DNA of 64,000 bases from an uncultured Bacilli bacterium (GCA_934096295.1 CAKOLL010000004.1:48258-112257), one strand, 5' to 3'. Positions 45,074 through 55,352 are shown, numbered from the stretch's first letter. The notes: a model not told the origin generated them from the letters alone. Program-made: numbers and translations.

Positions 45074-46162
45074 ATGAAAAAAGATTTAGTTATTAAATTG
45101 CTACAAAAAATTCAAAAAAATAATTTAAGTATCGAAGATTCTAAAAGTTTATTTAATAGAAGTGAAAAACTTCTTGCAACCATATTGTCTGGCGAAGATT
45201 TCAAAAACAATGTAGACATAATTAATCGTTATAATAGTGATGAAGATGCTTTAAAAGCTGTGAAAATTTATTTAAGCGTGGACCCTACTAATTCAATGAC
45301 ACCTAGTAAAAAAAGATTAACATTAGAACTTTTAACAAACCAAACGTTAATAAATTCTGGAAAAGTTTTTGAATATGTTCAATGTTTTTTAGATATTCCA
45401 GATGAAAAATATGAGAATTGCTATATAGTTTTCTTTAATCTTTTATTAGATGATAATTTAATAACACAAGAACTTAATTTTACTTTTGCCAATTTTATAA
45501 TTGAGCATGGATTTAAATCAAGTCCATATTATTTAGAAAAATTATTTTCAGATGAGAAAATAACAAAGCAAAATTCAAATATAATACTTAACAGAGCTTT
45601 AGTGATTACGCAAGCAGGATATCAAAAAGCTGAAAATTTATCTAGCATGCTACAATTTTTTTATCTTACAACAATAGATAATGAAGAAATAATTTTAAAT
45701 GCTGCTAAAATTATTGGAAATTGTTTCCAAAATCCTAGAGAAGTATGTAAGTTATTTTTAGAAGACTTACCAAAACATTTGTCAAAATGCGATTATTATT
45801 TAAAAGCTGGTAAAATTATTGGAGCATTAAAATCTAATATTGGATATTGTGTAGCTAGAGACGCTATTGAAGCTGATAGTAACTTTGACGATAAAAATAC
45901 AATTTTATTATTACGCATTTTAAAAGATTGTACCTTTGAATTTTTAGGTTATGGTAATTATGATGTTCATTATGGGAATGTAGTTATTCGTAGCAATAGT
46001 GATTCAATTATAAATGATATTAAATCTAAAATAATTGATACAAACTATGTATATTATTATATGTTAGAAAACTCTGTTTCAAAAGATAAGAATGATGATA
46101 TTAATGTTAGTGATTTAACAAACAAACTGGTTAGAATAAAAGATAAAGCTAGTAAAGCATAA
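45074..46162 (+). CDS. paralog 1 of a tandem helical-repeat protein family, function unknown
   Basis: AGGAGG precedes the ATG. The protein aligns with the next two genes along its whole length. Its C-terminal 40 aa are identical to paralog 2. Confidence 0.7.
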   Translation: MKKDLVIKLLQKIQKNNLSIEDSKSLFNRSEKLLATILSGEDFKNNVDIINRYNSDEDALKAVKIYLSVDPTNSMTPSKKRLTLELLTNQTLINSGKVFEYVQCFLDIPDEKYENCYIVFFNLLLDDNLITQELNFTFANFIIEHGFKSSPYYLEKLFSDEKITKQNSNIILNRALVITQAGYQKAENLSSMLQFFYLTTIDNEEIILNAAKIIGNCFQNPREVCKLFLEDLPKHLSKCDYYLKAGKIIGALKSNIGYCVARDAIEADSNFDDKNTILLLRILKDCTFEFLGYGNYDVHYGNVVIRSNSDSIINDIKSKIIDTNYVYYYMLENSVSKDKNDDINVSDLTNKLVRIKDKASKA

Positions 46163-46207
46163 GAAAGCCGATTAGGCTTTTTTTGGTGTATTTTTGGCAA
46201 CATTTTA

Positions 46208-46235
46208 TTGACTTTTATAATTATTATGCTAGAAT
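46208..46235 (+). promoter_or_regulatory. promoter of paralog 2
   Basis: TTGACT (46208-46213), 16-nt spacer, TGcTAGAAT (extended -10, 46227-46235). An identical block recurs at 47401-47428. Confidence 0.55.
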
Positions 46236-46258
46236 ATAGCACAACAGGAGGTTAGAAA

Positions 46259-47356
46259 ATGAAAAAAGATTTAGTTATTGAATTACTTCAGGAAATTCAA
46301 TTTAGCGATTTAAGTATTGAGGATACTAAAAGTTTATTAAATAGAAGCGAAAAACTTCTTACAGTGTTAATGTCTAATGGAGATTTTGAAGACAATGTAG
46401 CTATAGTTAATTGTTATAAGAATGATGAAGCTGCGTTGAAAGCTTTACGAATTTACTTAAATATATCAAATGCATCTGATGAAGAAGTTAAAAAATTTGG
46501 ATTTAGTAGTAAACAAAGTTCAATATTTAGAATTTTAACGAATCAAGCACTGATTGATTCGGAAAGTGTATTTCAATGTGTTGAATGCTTTTTAAGTATT
46601 CCAGATGAAAAGTATGTTAATTGTTATTATGATGTAGGAAAAGTTCTATTGGATAACGATTTAGTAAAAAACGGACTTAATTTAATATTTGCTAATTTTA
46701 TAATTAAGAATGGAAATAATAAGTACATTGCACAATATTTAAGCAAATTTTTTACTGATAAAAATGTGCTTAAACAAAGTGATACAAATATAATTTTAAA
46801 CAGAGCTTTAATTATGTGCAAAAAAAATAATAATCTATATAGTATTACACATTTTTTTAGTGTTACTACAATAGATAATGAAAAAATAAATTTAAAGGCT
46901 GCTGAAATTATTGGTGGTTGTCCTAAAAATTCTGATGATGTATGTAATTTATTTATAGAGCTGTTACCAAATAATTTAAAAAAATATAAATATTATTTTG
47001 AAGCTGGTAAAATTATTGGCACGTTAAGTGAAACTAATATTTATTTTGCTAAAGAGGTTATTAAAAAAGATTGTAACTTTGAGAATAAAAATACAATTTT
47101 ATTACTACGCATTTTAAGAGATTGTACAATTAAACAAATGAGTTCTGGTTTCTACAGAATCAAATATGGTTCTAGCTATTTTGAAACTATACGAGAATCT
47201 GTTATAAGTGATATTATTTCTAGTATAATTGAGTCTAATTATGTATATTATTATATGTTAGAAAATTCTGTTTCAAAAGATAAGAATGATGATATTAATG
47301 TTAGTGATTTAACAAACAAACTGGTAAGAATTAAAGATAAAGCCAGCAAAGCATAA
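46259..47356 (+). CDS. paralog 2 of the tandem family
   Basis: It begins MKKDLVIELLQEIQ, against MKKDLVIKLLQKIQ in paralog 1. It has its own promoter and terminator. Confidence 0.7.
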   Translation: MKKDLVIELLQEIQFSDLSIEDTKSLLNRSEKLLTVLMSNGDFEDNVAIVNCYKNDEAALKALRIYLNISNASDEEVKKFGFSSKQSSIFRILTNQALIDSESVFQCVECFLSIPDEKYVNCYYDVGKVLLDNDLVKNGLNLIFANFIIKNGNNKYIAQYLSKFFTDKNVLKQSDTNIILNRALIMCKKNNNLYSITHFFSVTTIDNEKINLKAAEIIGGCPKNSDDVCNLFIELLPNNLKKYKYYFEAGKIIGTLSETNIYFAKEVIKKDCNFENKNTILLLRILRDCTIKQMSSGFYRIKYGSSYFETIRESVISDIISSIIESNYVYYYMLENSVSKDKNDDINVSDLTNKLVRIKDKASKA

Positions 47357-47400
47357 AAAGCCAATCGGCTTTTTTTATTGTATTTTTATTCAAAATTTTA

Positions 47401-47428
47401 TTGACTTTTATAATTATTATGCTAGAAT
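47401..47428 (+). promoter_or_regulatory. promoter of paralog 3
   Basis: The same TTGACTTTTATAATTATTATGCTAGAAT block as at 46208. Confidence 0.55.
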
Positions 47429-47452
47429 ATAACGCAACAGGAGGTTATAAAA

Positions 47453-48475
47453 ATGGATAAGGTTACAAAAAATGAACTACTTAATAAAATTGATTTTCCA
47501 GATGATTATTACGTTACTTTAGTAAATATAGATAGTGAACCTATCTTAAGGGCTGTTGTTGAATCTAAAACGAATTTAGAAAAAGTTTTATCATTGGTTA
47601 AGGCATATAAGAAAAATGAAAATGACTTTTTTAAAGCTCTAGATATTTTTTCAAAAGCTAGTTTTTCTGCTGATGCTGAAAAATTTATTTTATCACTTTT
47701 AACTGATAAGAAGTTAATTGATGCAGGACTTTCATTTCAATATGCAAATTATTTATTAACAATTCCTAAAGAAAAAGGTTTTGTTTACCAAGTTGTTAGT
47801 AAAATTTTATGTAGTAAATATTTACAAAATCCCAATTTAACATTTACTATTGCAGATTTTATTGTAAAATACTCTACAAATTCTGTAAATGCCGATTATT
47901 TATACAAATATATTATGTTTAATGATCTTTTTATTGATTTAAGTAAAGAAGAAGATTTAAATAAAAAGTTAAATCGAGGTAAAATTATAGTTCAAGCAAA
48001 AGATGATAATCATTTTGATTCAGTAGTAGCTTATTTAAATCATCATATGACTGATGATGAAGATTTAGTATTAAAGGCTGCAAAATCTATATGTGAAGCA
48101 AAATACAATCCTGATGCAATTAGTTGTTTATTAATGTATAATTTACATTATTATGCTAATCCAGAGCCAATTTTTAAAGCTGTTGAATTACTAGGAAACA
48201 CTGAAAATGAAGAAGCAACTATGCACATGTATGCAATCGCTCACAAAGTAAAATTAAATGAATTTGCTTTAAATGTTATTCAAGTTTTTCATGATATCAC
48301 TATTACAAAAAATGGTATTTATTCGCAGATTTCTTATGGAGATTTACAATTTTCTTGCATTGGTAGTATTTATGATGCAGTTATGGAAAATATAATTAAA
48401 ACAAACTATTATAAAACTTTTAATTCTCAACGAGATGGTAATGATGGAGTTAAATTAGTACGAGACAAAAAATAA
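47453..48475 (+). CDS. paralog 3 (more divergent) of the tandem family
   Basis: It shares motif order with paralogs 1 and 2: LLT..KLID.G, IPKEK, FTIADFIV, LNRGKIIVQA, VLKAAKSI. The terminator is AAGCCGATTGGCTT plus a T run. Confidence 0.65.
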   Translation: MDKVTKNELLNKIDFPDDYYVTLVNIDSEPILRAVVESKTNLEKVLSLVKAYKKNENDFFKALDIFSKASFSADAEKFILSLLTDKKLIDAGLSFQYANYLLTIPKEKGFVYQVVSKILCSKYLQNPNLTFTIADFIVKYSTNSVNADYLYKYIMFNDLFIDLSKEEDLNKKLNRGKIIVQAKDDNHFDSVVAYLNHHMTDDEDLVLKAAKSICEAKYNPDAISCLLMYNLHYYANPEPIFKAVELLGNTENEEATMHMYAIAHKVKLNEFALNVIQVFHDITITKNGIYSQISYGDLQFSCIGSIYDAVMENIIKTNYYKTFNSQRDGNDGVKLVRDKK

Positions 48476-48501
48476 AAAAGCCGATTGGCTTTTTTTATTT
48501 T

Positions 48502-48918
48502 TTATAAATATGATTTCCAAGACTTAATTTGAAACTCTAATAATTCTAAAAGTTCTTCAGCTAATTTTTCAACTTTAGAATCAATATTATTATTTAATAT
48601 TTCTTCTACTTTAATGATTCCTTTGTTTGTTCCTTCAGTTAACATTTTAGCTATTTTAGCATCATCACATTTAATTAGTTCTATTCCCGTATAAATCTCA
48701 TTAAATGTTTTTATGATTATGTTTATTTCCGTAGGTTTTTCCCCTAGTTCATTAAGCATGTTTGTTATATCCATCTTATTAACTTGATATTTTTTCTTGG
48801 CATCACTCATTGTTTTAGCTAAAGCTTTATCTTCAATATGCCCTTTTACTTCATCAATGCCAATTATTCCCATTGTAACTATTTTATATAGTTCATTTAA
48901 TGCCGTTATATCGTCCAT
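48502..48918 (-). CDS. small helical hypothetical protein
   Basis: 138 aa, predicted all-helical. No motif I can name. Confidence 0.4.
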   Translation of the reverse strand: MDDITALNELYKIVTMGIIGIDEVKGHIEDKALAKTMSDAKKKYQVNKMDITNMLNELGEKPTEINIIIKTFNEIYTGIELIKCDDAKIAKMLTEGTNKGIIKVEEILNNNIDSKVEKLAEELLELLEFQIKSWKSYL

Positions 48919-48959
48919 TTAAAAATCACCCATTTATAGTATGTGTGATTTTTTATAAA

Positions 48960-50594
48960 TTATACCTCTTGAACAACTGCAATGATCATTGGTTTACATT
49001 CAGTTAAATCATAAAGATATCTACTTAATTCTTCTCGGATTTCTACTTTTATTTGATTGAAATCTATGTATTTCGGAGTTATATTTCTATTAATTATTGC
49101 TTCACATATCACTTTTATTTCATTTATCATATCTTGTGAATCTTTAACATAGATAAATCCACGAGTTGTAACCTCAGGTCCCACTAATAAGACTTTATCT
49201 TTTTTATCCACTGTGGCACTTATTAATACGATACCATTTTCTGATAGCATTTCACGGTCTTTAATAACTAAATCACCGATATCATCATTACTTGTTCCAT
49301 CAATTAAAACATCATCAACTTTAATTCTTGCAAAATTGTCTACAAGTTTACCATCTTCGAATGTTACAACATCACCATTTTGTTTAAGTAAAATGTTAGA
49401 ATCAGGAATTCCTAAATGACTTGCTAAATTGGCATTATTAACCATATATCTATATTCACCTTTTACAGGCATATAGAATTTTGGATTAATTAATTTAATC
49501 ATAAGCATTAAATCTTCACGTGATGCATGATGTAATATTTCTTTTTCTTTATCAATTGTTTCTATATCACATCCAAATTTTGCTAGTTCATTTTGTAATT
49601 TTACTAATACTTTTTCTGTGCTATCATAACGAGGTTCTGCGAAAACTATCGTATCTGTTGGTTTTAAAGTAACAAACTTATCATATCCATTTAATATCTT
49701 ATTCATGTTTGCATATGGTGTTGTTCTATCATCCATTACTAAAAGGATAGCATTTTCATCATTTATATTTGATAAATCTCCGAGAATCTCCTCATTAAAA
49801 GTCATGTATCCTTCTTTATGAGCAAAGTTAACTACATTTTGTAATCTTTTACCCATTAGAATTATTTTTCGATGAGAATTTGCTGCAGCTTCAAATATTT
49901 CTGAAATTGTATATAAATGTGTTGGCAAAACAGAGAATATAATTCTTTTGTCATGATGTTTTATTACATCACCAAAAAAGTTTACTAATCTATGTTTGGG
50001 AGATGTATGCCCATTTTTTTCTGCAAATGATGATTCACATAATAAACAAAGAACCCCTTGCTTACCAATATAGGCAATTTTACCAATATCCATATCATAT
50101 GCTCCTTGCATACTTGGATCTATTATAAAGTCTCCGGTATAACAAATTGCTCCATCTTTTGTATTAACTACATACATTACTGAATCTGGACATGAATGAG
50201 AAACAGCAATTGGAAATATAGAAACATTTCCAAAATTAATTTTCTTGTGAGGTTTAATTAATACTATATTATTTTCATTTACGCCATCTTCCATAAGCTC
50301 AAATTTAGTATATTTTGTAGCATATACTTTTAGTGTTGGAATATCTTTAATAAGGTCCCTTACTGCTCCCATATTTTCTGGATGACCATGGGTTATAAAT
50401 AAGCCTTTGATTCTTTTTTTATTTTTAACTAGATAGCTAAAGTCTGGCATGATATAATCAATACCTAGCAAATTTCCACTTGCAAACTTTATTCCAGCAT
50501 CAAAAACAAATATTTCATCATCTACTTCAATTACATAAGAGTTCTTTCCACTTTCAGAAAGTCCTCCCAAACCAAAAATCTTTATTTTACTCAT
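48960..50594 (-). CDS. ribonuclease J family protein with a divergent metal-binding motif (J2-like)
   Basis: IFGLGGLSESGKNSYVIEVDDEIFVFDAGIKF...GIDYIMPDFSYL...GLFITHGHPENMG. The overall RNase J layout is present, including the C-terminal domain. Where HxHxDH is expected the sequence reads HGHPEN. Confidence 0.8.
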   Translation of the reverse strand: MSKIKIFGLGGLSESGKNSYVIEVDDEIFVFDAGIKFASGNLLGIDYIMPDFSYLVKNKKRIKGLFITHGHPENMGAVRDLIKDIPTLKVYATKYTKFELMEDGVNENNIVLIKPHKKINFGNVSIFPIAVSHSCPDSVMYVVNTKDGAICYTGDFIIDPSMQGAYDMDIGKIAYIGKQGVLCLLCESSFAEKNGHTSPKHRLVNFFGDVIKHHDKRIIFSVLPTHLYTISEIFEAAANSHRKIILMGKRLQNVVNFAHKEGYMTFNEEILGDLSNINDENAILLVMDDRTTPYANMNKILNGYDKFVTLKPTDTIVFAEPRYDSTEKVLVKLQNELAKFGCDIETIDKEKEILHHASREDLMLMIKLINPKFYMPVKGEYRYMVNNANLASHLGIPDSNILLKQNGDVVTFEDGKLVDNFARIKVDDVLIDGTSNDDIGDLVIKDREMLSENGIVLISATVDKKDKVLLVGPEVTTRGFIYVKDSQDMINEIKVICEAIINRNITPKYIDFNQIKVEIREELSRYLYDLTECKPMIIAVVQEV

Positions 50595-50665
50595 ATATTA
50601 TCACCTTCATTTTAAAAAAAATAAGTTCTTCGGTAAAATAATTATACCAAAAAACTTATATTAAA

Positions 50666-51451
50666 TCAATCTATTTCTTCACTTAACATTTTACTTAATG
50701 ATATTATATCTAAATCTTTATATATTATACTATTTATTAATATTTTTATATTTTTGACATTAGTGTTTTTTTCAATAAAATATATATCACCAGAATTTAC
50801 ATTATTCTTTATATCTATGAATGTTTTATTATTTACTATTTTATTTGTTTTAACTAAATATTTATTATTTTTTCGACATAGTTTTTCATTTGTGTTATTT
50901 AAATAACATATATGAGTATTATTGCTATATTTGTTTATTAATGATTCTAAATCTTTATATTTACTGTCTTCATTATTAATTTGTTCTAAAGTTTCGTTTT
51001 TATTAAACGTTGATAAATTAACAAGAATACTTGCATCTAACTTATTTTCTTTAAAATAATCTATTATATCTTTATTATATTCTATTATAAATGCCACACT
51101 ATTTTTATTTCCATTTCCTCTTTCTACGATTTTATCTTTGTTATTTTCTAGAGTTATCTCTGGGTATGATGTATCATATATTAAATAATAAGAATTAAAA
51201 GCATTTAAATCTTTCATATTATAAAAACTATTTTTTACATTAACATTTTTACCATTTAACCCTGGCACTATTTTATCATTTTCTATAAATGCATTTATAT
51301 ATTCTTCATTATAATTATTTGCTTCTTTTTTGATACTTTGATATAACTCATTTTTATCTAAAGTTAAGTTAGCTATTTTTTCCGTGTAAAAAAAACTAAA
51401 TGCTGCAATCGCTAATACTCCGATATATCGAAAATATTTAATCTTGTTCAT
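50666..51451 (-). CDS. membrane-anchored hypothetical protein
   Basis: N-terminal TM span. Faint polysaccharide-deacetylase-like layout (NSVAFIIEY) without the catalytic motifs. Confidence 0.4.
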   Translation of the reverse strand: MNKIKYFRYIGVLAIAAFSFFYTEKIANLTLDKNELYQSIKKEANNYNEEYINAFIENDKIVPGLNGKNVNVKNSFYNMKDLNAFNSYYLIYDTSYPEITLENNKDKIVERGNGNKNSVAFIIEYNKDIIDYFKENKLDASILVNLSTFNKNETLEQINNEDSKYKDLESLINKYSNNTHICYLNNTNEKLCRKNNKYLVKTNKIVNNKTFIDIKNNVNSGDIYFIEKNTNVKNIKILINSIIYKDLDIISLSKMLSEEID

Positions 51452-51518
51452 TTAAATCACCTAGTTAAATTATATGCTGTAGGTTAAAGAAGATGTTAGT
51501 AATATCTTCTTTATAAAA

Positions 51519-51896
51519 TTAACCGCATTCTATGATATTTTCAAATTGTTCTTCTCCGGTTGATTCATCTTTTTTAGAATTGGTAGTTACAAATGATATT
51601 TTTTCAGCAATAATTTCGGTAATATATTTTGTGTTATTGTCTTTATCAACATAACTTCTATTTTGCATACGGCCTTTTACACCTATTATATCACCACGAT
51701 GACAGTAATTTTTAGTACTAGATGCCATGCCATTCCATAGAACACATCTAAAGAAATCTGTTTCATATTTTCCTTCGACATTTTTAAAATTTCTTTGAAC
51801 TGCTAAATTTATTATCGTTCTTTTTCTGCCATTTTCATAATCTTCTATTTCAGGATCTCCGACTAGTCTACCAACTAAAATTATTTGATTAATCAT
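51519..51896 (-). CDS. ssb: single-stranded DNA-binding protein (short, no acidic tip)
   Basis: MINQIILVGRLVGDPEI...FFRCVLWNGMA...GDIIGVKGRMQNRSY is an OB-fold SSB signature. The C-terminus ends EEQFENIIECG rather than the usual D-D-D-[IL]-P-F. Confidence 0.75.
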   Translation of the reverse strand: MINQIILVGRLVGDPEIEDYENGRKRTIINLAVQRNFKNVEGKYETDFFRCVLWNGMASSTKNYCHRGDIIGVKGRMQNRSYVDKDNNTKYITEIIAEKISFVTTNSKKDESTGEEQFENIIECG

Positions 51897-52110
51897 CTAA
51901 TGTCCTCCTTTCTTTATAACTTTATCAATTATAAAAATGGAATGCAAACCAACAAAATTAATATATTTATGAATTTTTTTTGAAAATTTATTAAGTTTTA
52001 GAAACAAATTTTTAAAAAAACGGTTAAAAATCTTTAATTGATTAATCAATACATATTGTATTTTTATTAAAAATCTGGTAAACTTAACTTGATAATAGGA
52101 GTGAAAATAC

Positions 52111-52833
52111 ATGGAAAAAGTTATAAATTATAATCAAACGATATTAAACAACTATCAAAAATCATATCCGAATTTAGCAGAATTTAGCTATGATGCCGCA
52201 AATGATTCTTTAGTTTACGAAGGAAACTACATTAAGCTTAATGGTTATGCTTTAAGTAGAATTGATCCAGTATTTTTTAACATGATGCCTGAAGATATAT
52301 TTATTTATATAAAAAATGGTTTTTATCAACAAGCAAATCATGCAGAATTAATAAATGATTATTTAAACCAATTTGTTATTACTGAAGAAGAAATAGATTT
52401 TATAAAAAAATATATATTTATGTATATTGAAAGACTTAATATATATGCAAGGAATAGAGATATTTTTGATAGATTTATTGATAATCAAAGTATTAAAAAT
52501 TTCTTAGACGATATAAAAAAAGCTAAAGATATAGTGGATAAAGCTAAAAGTTTAGGAGTACCAAATAGTAATACCGTTTATGGATTTATTTTAGATGCTT
52601 ATAACGGTGAGATGTCTAGTATGAATCAAAACAAAACACAAGAAAAAGAGCTTTCTTTAACTAGAACAAATCCAAAATTTGCAGGATTTCAAGAATTTGA
52701 AAAAAATGAAGAATATTTAAGGCAATTAAACGAATCTCAAAAAATGAATATGGCTGGATATACAAGTATTATTTTAATTGTAGCCACAGCTTTAACATTT
52801 GGAATGTATTTAGCATTAACATTTCTTAAATAA
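52111..52833 (+). CDS. hypothetical protein with a C-terminal TM anchor
   Basis: GGAG precedes the ATG. The C-terminal span is GYTSIILIVATALTFGMYLALTFL. Confidence 0.5.
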   Translation: MEKVINYNQTILNNYQKSYPNLAEFSYDAANDSLVYEGNYIKLNGYALSRIDPVFFNMMPEDIFIYIKNGFYQQANHAELINDYLNQFVITEEEIDFIKKYIFMYIERLNIYARNRDIFDRFIDNQSIKNFLDDIKKAKDIVDKAKSLGVPNSNTVYGFILDAYNGEMSSMNQNKTQEKELSLTRTNPKFAGFQEFEKNEEYLRQLNESQKMNMAGYTSIILIVATALTFGMYLALTFLK

Positions 52834-52858
52834 TAATTTACAAAATTTATATTAGTTG

Positions 52859-52882
52859 CATTACCCTATGGTAATGTTTTTT
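52859..52882 (+). terminator. intrinsic terminator
   Basis: CATTACC-CTAT-GGTAATG followed by T6. Confidence 0.7.
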
Positions 52883-52934
52883 GTTATTAGAGAATATAAA
52901 AAGATAATACTTTTTCAAATATTATCTTTAATAA

Positions 52935-53333
52935 CTAATTAATTTTTAACTTGTTTATTTCAGAAATAGATAAGTTTGTTATTTCACTTATTTCTTTTGG
53001 CGAATACTTTTTCAAAAGCATATTTTTAGCTGTTTTTATTAATCCCTTTTCTTCACCGCGTTTTTCGCCACGCTCTTCGCCACGTTACATCTCTATATTT
53101 ACTAATTCCCCATTTGATAATACAAGAACAATATCTAAATAATAGTTATGTAACTTAATATTATCGTTTTGAATGTATTTTTGTTTAGTAACTCGAACAT
53201 TTGAAATAGTTAAATCTGATTTAATATATTTTAGATATGAATTAAAGAAATCTTTTATTATTTCTTTTTTACTAAATATGTGCTTAAATATTAAATCGTT
53301 AGTAAGCCATGTAAATTCTTTTGTTTCGGTCAT
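52935..53333 (-). pseudogene. internally deleted Rpn/YhgA-like PD-(D/E)XK putative transposase remnant
   Basis: The N-terminal 82 aa (TWLTNDLIFKHIF...LDIVLVLSNGELVNIEM) end at a TAA. The same frame continues RGEERGEKRGEEKGLIKTAKNMLLKKYSPKEISEITNLSISEINKL, the typical C-terminal tail of this family. About 150-200 aa of the middle are missing. Confidence 0.55.
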
Positions 53334-53480
53334 ACTTTCACCTTCTTTTTCAAAGAAACGTTTTCTATCTTAGCACACTAAAAAGGAAATATTTGTTACT
53401 TATTGTCGAACTAGTTTTATTTTTATCAAAAATTATAATTTTAAGTAATTTTTTGCATAAAAAAACAACATTGTTCTCTG

Positions 53481-54185
53481 TCATTTTTTTATTTTTCCAA
53501 ATCTTCTGTCTCTTTTTTCATATTCTTTTATAGCTTCTTCTAAACACTCTGGTGTAAAATCAGGAAAATATGTTTTAGGAAAATAAAGCTCTGCGTATGA
53601 TATTTGCCATAACATAAAATTGCTTATTCTGTTTTCACCACTTGTTCTTATCATAAAATCTATATCTGGTAAATCTTGATATAAATAATTATGATACATT
53701 TTTTCATCAATATCTCTCGCAGTAATATTACCACATTTTATATCTTCCACAATTTTTTTAGTCGCATCAATTATTTCTTGTCGTCCTCCATAACTTAGAC
53801 AGAAATTAACTACTAATCCAGTATTGTCTTTTGTTGCTTCTTCTAATTCATTAATTGCAGCTACTATTTCTGGTTTTAAAAATGTTTTATTTGAAGAAAA
53901 TAACACTTTAATATTTTCACTATTATATTTATCTTTTGCTTTTTTAAACCATTTCATGAAAAGATCCATTAAATAATTTACTTCTTCACTACTTCTATTA
54001 AAGTTTTCTGTTGAGAAAACGTATAGACTTAAATAATTCGCTAATTGTTTTTGATTGGTATAAAGAATTATCTTTTCTAATGTTTCTGCACCAGCTTTAT
54101 GCCCTTCACTTCTTATTTTTCCTCGTTCTTGTGCCCATCTTCCGTTGCCATCCACTATTATACCAATATGATTTATTTTTTTCAT
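53481..54185 (-). CDS. uppS: undecaprenyl-diphosphate synthase
   Basis: HIGIIVDGNGRWAQERG...RTSGENRISNFMLWQISYAELYF. Confidence 0.9.
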   Translation of the reverse strand: MKKINHIGIIVDGNGRWAQERGKIRSEGHKAGAETLEKIILYTNQKQLANYLSLYVFSTENFNRSSEEVNYLMDLFMKWFKKAKDKYNSENIKVLFSSNKTFLKPEIVAAINELEEATKDNTGLVVNFCLSYGGRQEIIDATKKIVEDIKCGNITARDIDEKMYHNYLYQDLPDIDFMIRTSGENRISNFMLWQISYAELYFPKTYFPDFTPECLEEAIKEYEKRDRRFGKIKK

Positions 54186-55352
54186 TTATCTCCTTCTACG
54201 ACGATGCTTTTTCTTTGTTAGTTTTTTTATAAATAAAAGAACTAATACTACTAATAAAATAATAACAAAGTAAACTATTGGATAATACTCGATATTATTT
54301 TCTAAAACTACATCTGAGGTTGCAAGTAATCTATCGCCGTCATATATTCTAACAACCCCAAGTTTTCTTCCTTTTTCTGTATTAAATGCTATTTCTTCTA
54401 ATCCTTCATACTCATATCTTACTTTAGTATCATTTTTTAAATACTTATTTATCTCTTCGTTGCCTGTAATCTTATATTTATCTTCTTTACTTAATTTAAC
54501 AGGTATTTCTTTGATAAATGTATCATCATTTAAAATATTTTGATATCCATAATTAGTATTATAATAATCATAAATTGTTAAAGTATCTTTTACAGCATTA
54601 TAAGGATTTGTTGTACTAGAATTAATAACCACTAGTAAATAGTCAACACCATTAAGGGTTGTTATTGAAGCAAGACATCTTCCAGCATTTTTTGTAAATC
54701 CACTTTTTGCACCAATTATTTCATCTGTATTTAATATGTTTTTGTAACTATTCACTGTACTTTCTAGTTTTATTTTATTACTAGTTGTATATGTTTTAGT
54801 GGTAAATACATCTTTAAATGTTTTATTCATTAAGGCATATTTTAATAATTTTGATAAATCATTTGATGTTGAATAATTTTTTTCATCATCTTTTCCTACA
54901 GGGTTAGAAAATGATGTATTTTTCATATTCAGTTTCTTTGCAAGGGAATTCATACTTTTTATAAAGTCATCATATCCTAAAGTATTATTAACAACTGCAT
55001 TAACAGCATCTGCTCCGCTTGGTAAAATTATGCCATAAAGTAAATCCATAAATGTTACTTTATCACCAACACTAAAACCTGCTTTTGAATATCCGTTTGT
55101 GCCTTCAAAATCAGTTTCTTTAATTGTTACTATATCATTTAAATTATCAATATTTTCGATAGCTACGATGGTAGTCATTATTTTTGTAAGACTAGCAATT
55201 GATGTTTTTTCATCAGCATTTTTACTATATATTTCTTCATCTTCATTCATATTAAATAAAGAAACATAATTACCACTTATAACAAAATCTTCAGCATAAA
55301 CATTACTTAAAAAGAAAAAAAGACTAAGTAAGAAGAATACTACTTTCTTCAT
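54186..55352 (-). CDS. D-alanyl-D-alanine carboxypeptidase (S11 family PBP)
   Basis: Signal peptide, SxxK motif (SIASLTKIMT), SGAD and KSGFT motifs, C-terminal TM anchor. Confidence 0.85.
   Translation of the reverse strand: MKKVVFFLLSLFFFLSNVYAEDFVISGNYVSLFNMNEDEEIYSKNADEKTSIASLTKIMTTIVAIENIDNLNDIVTIKETDFEGTNGYSKAGFSVGDKVTFMDLLYGIILPSGADAVNAVVNNTLGYDDFIKSMNSLAKKLNMKNTSFSNPVGKDDEKNYSTSNDLSKLLKYALMNKTFKDVFTTKTYTTSNKIKLESTVNSYKNILNTDEIIGAKSGFTKNAGRCLASITTLNGVDYLLVVINSSTTNPYNAVKDTLTIYDYYNTNYGYQNILNDDTFIKEIPVKLSKEDKYKITGNEEINKYLKNDTKVRYEYEGLEEIAFNTEKGRKLGVVRIYDGDRLLATSDVVLENNIEYYPIVYFVIILLVVLVLLFIKKLTKKKHRRRRR

Noticed and set aside
51897-52112. 71-aa track ORF between ssb and the 52111 gene.
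   Set aside because: It occupies the divergent promoter region, has no SD, and gives a basic low-complexity translation. It is more likely non-coding.
52951-53533. Track ORFs 52951..53142, 53173..53373 and 53321..53533 on the plus strand.
   Set aside because: They are antisense to the Rpn-like remnant or lie over the uppS 3' region. Their translations are Phe/Leu/Ser low-complexity.
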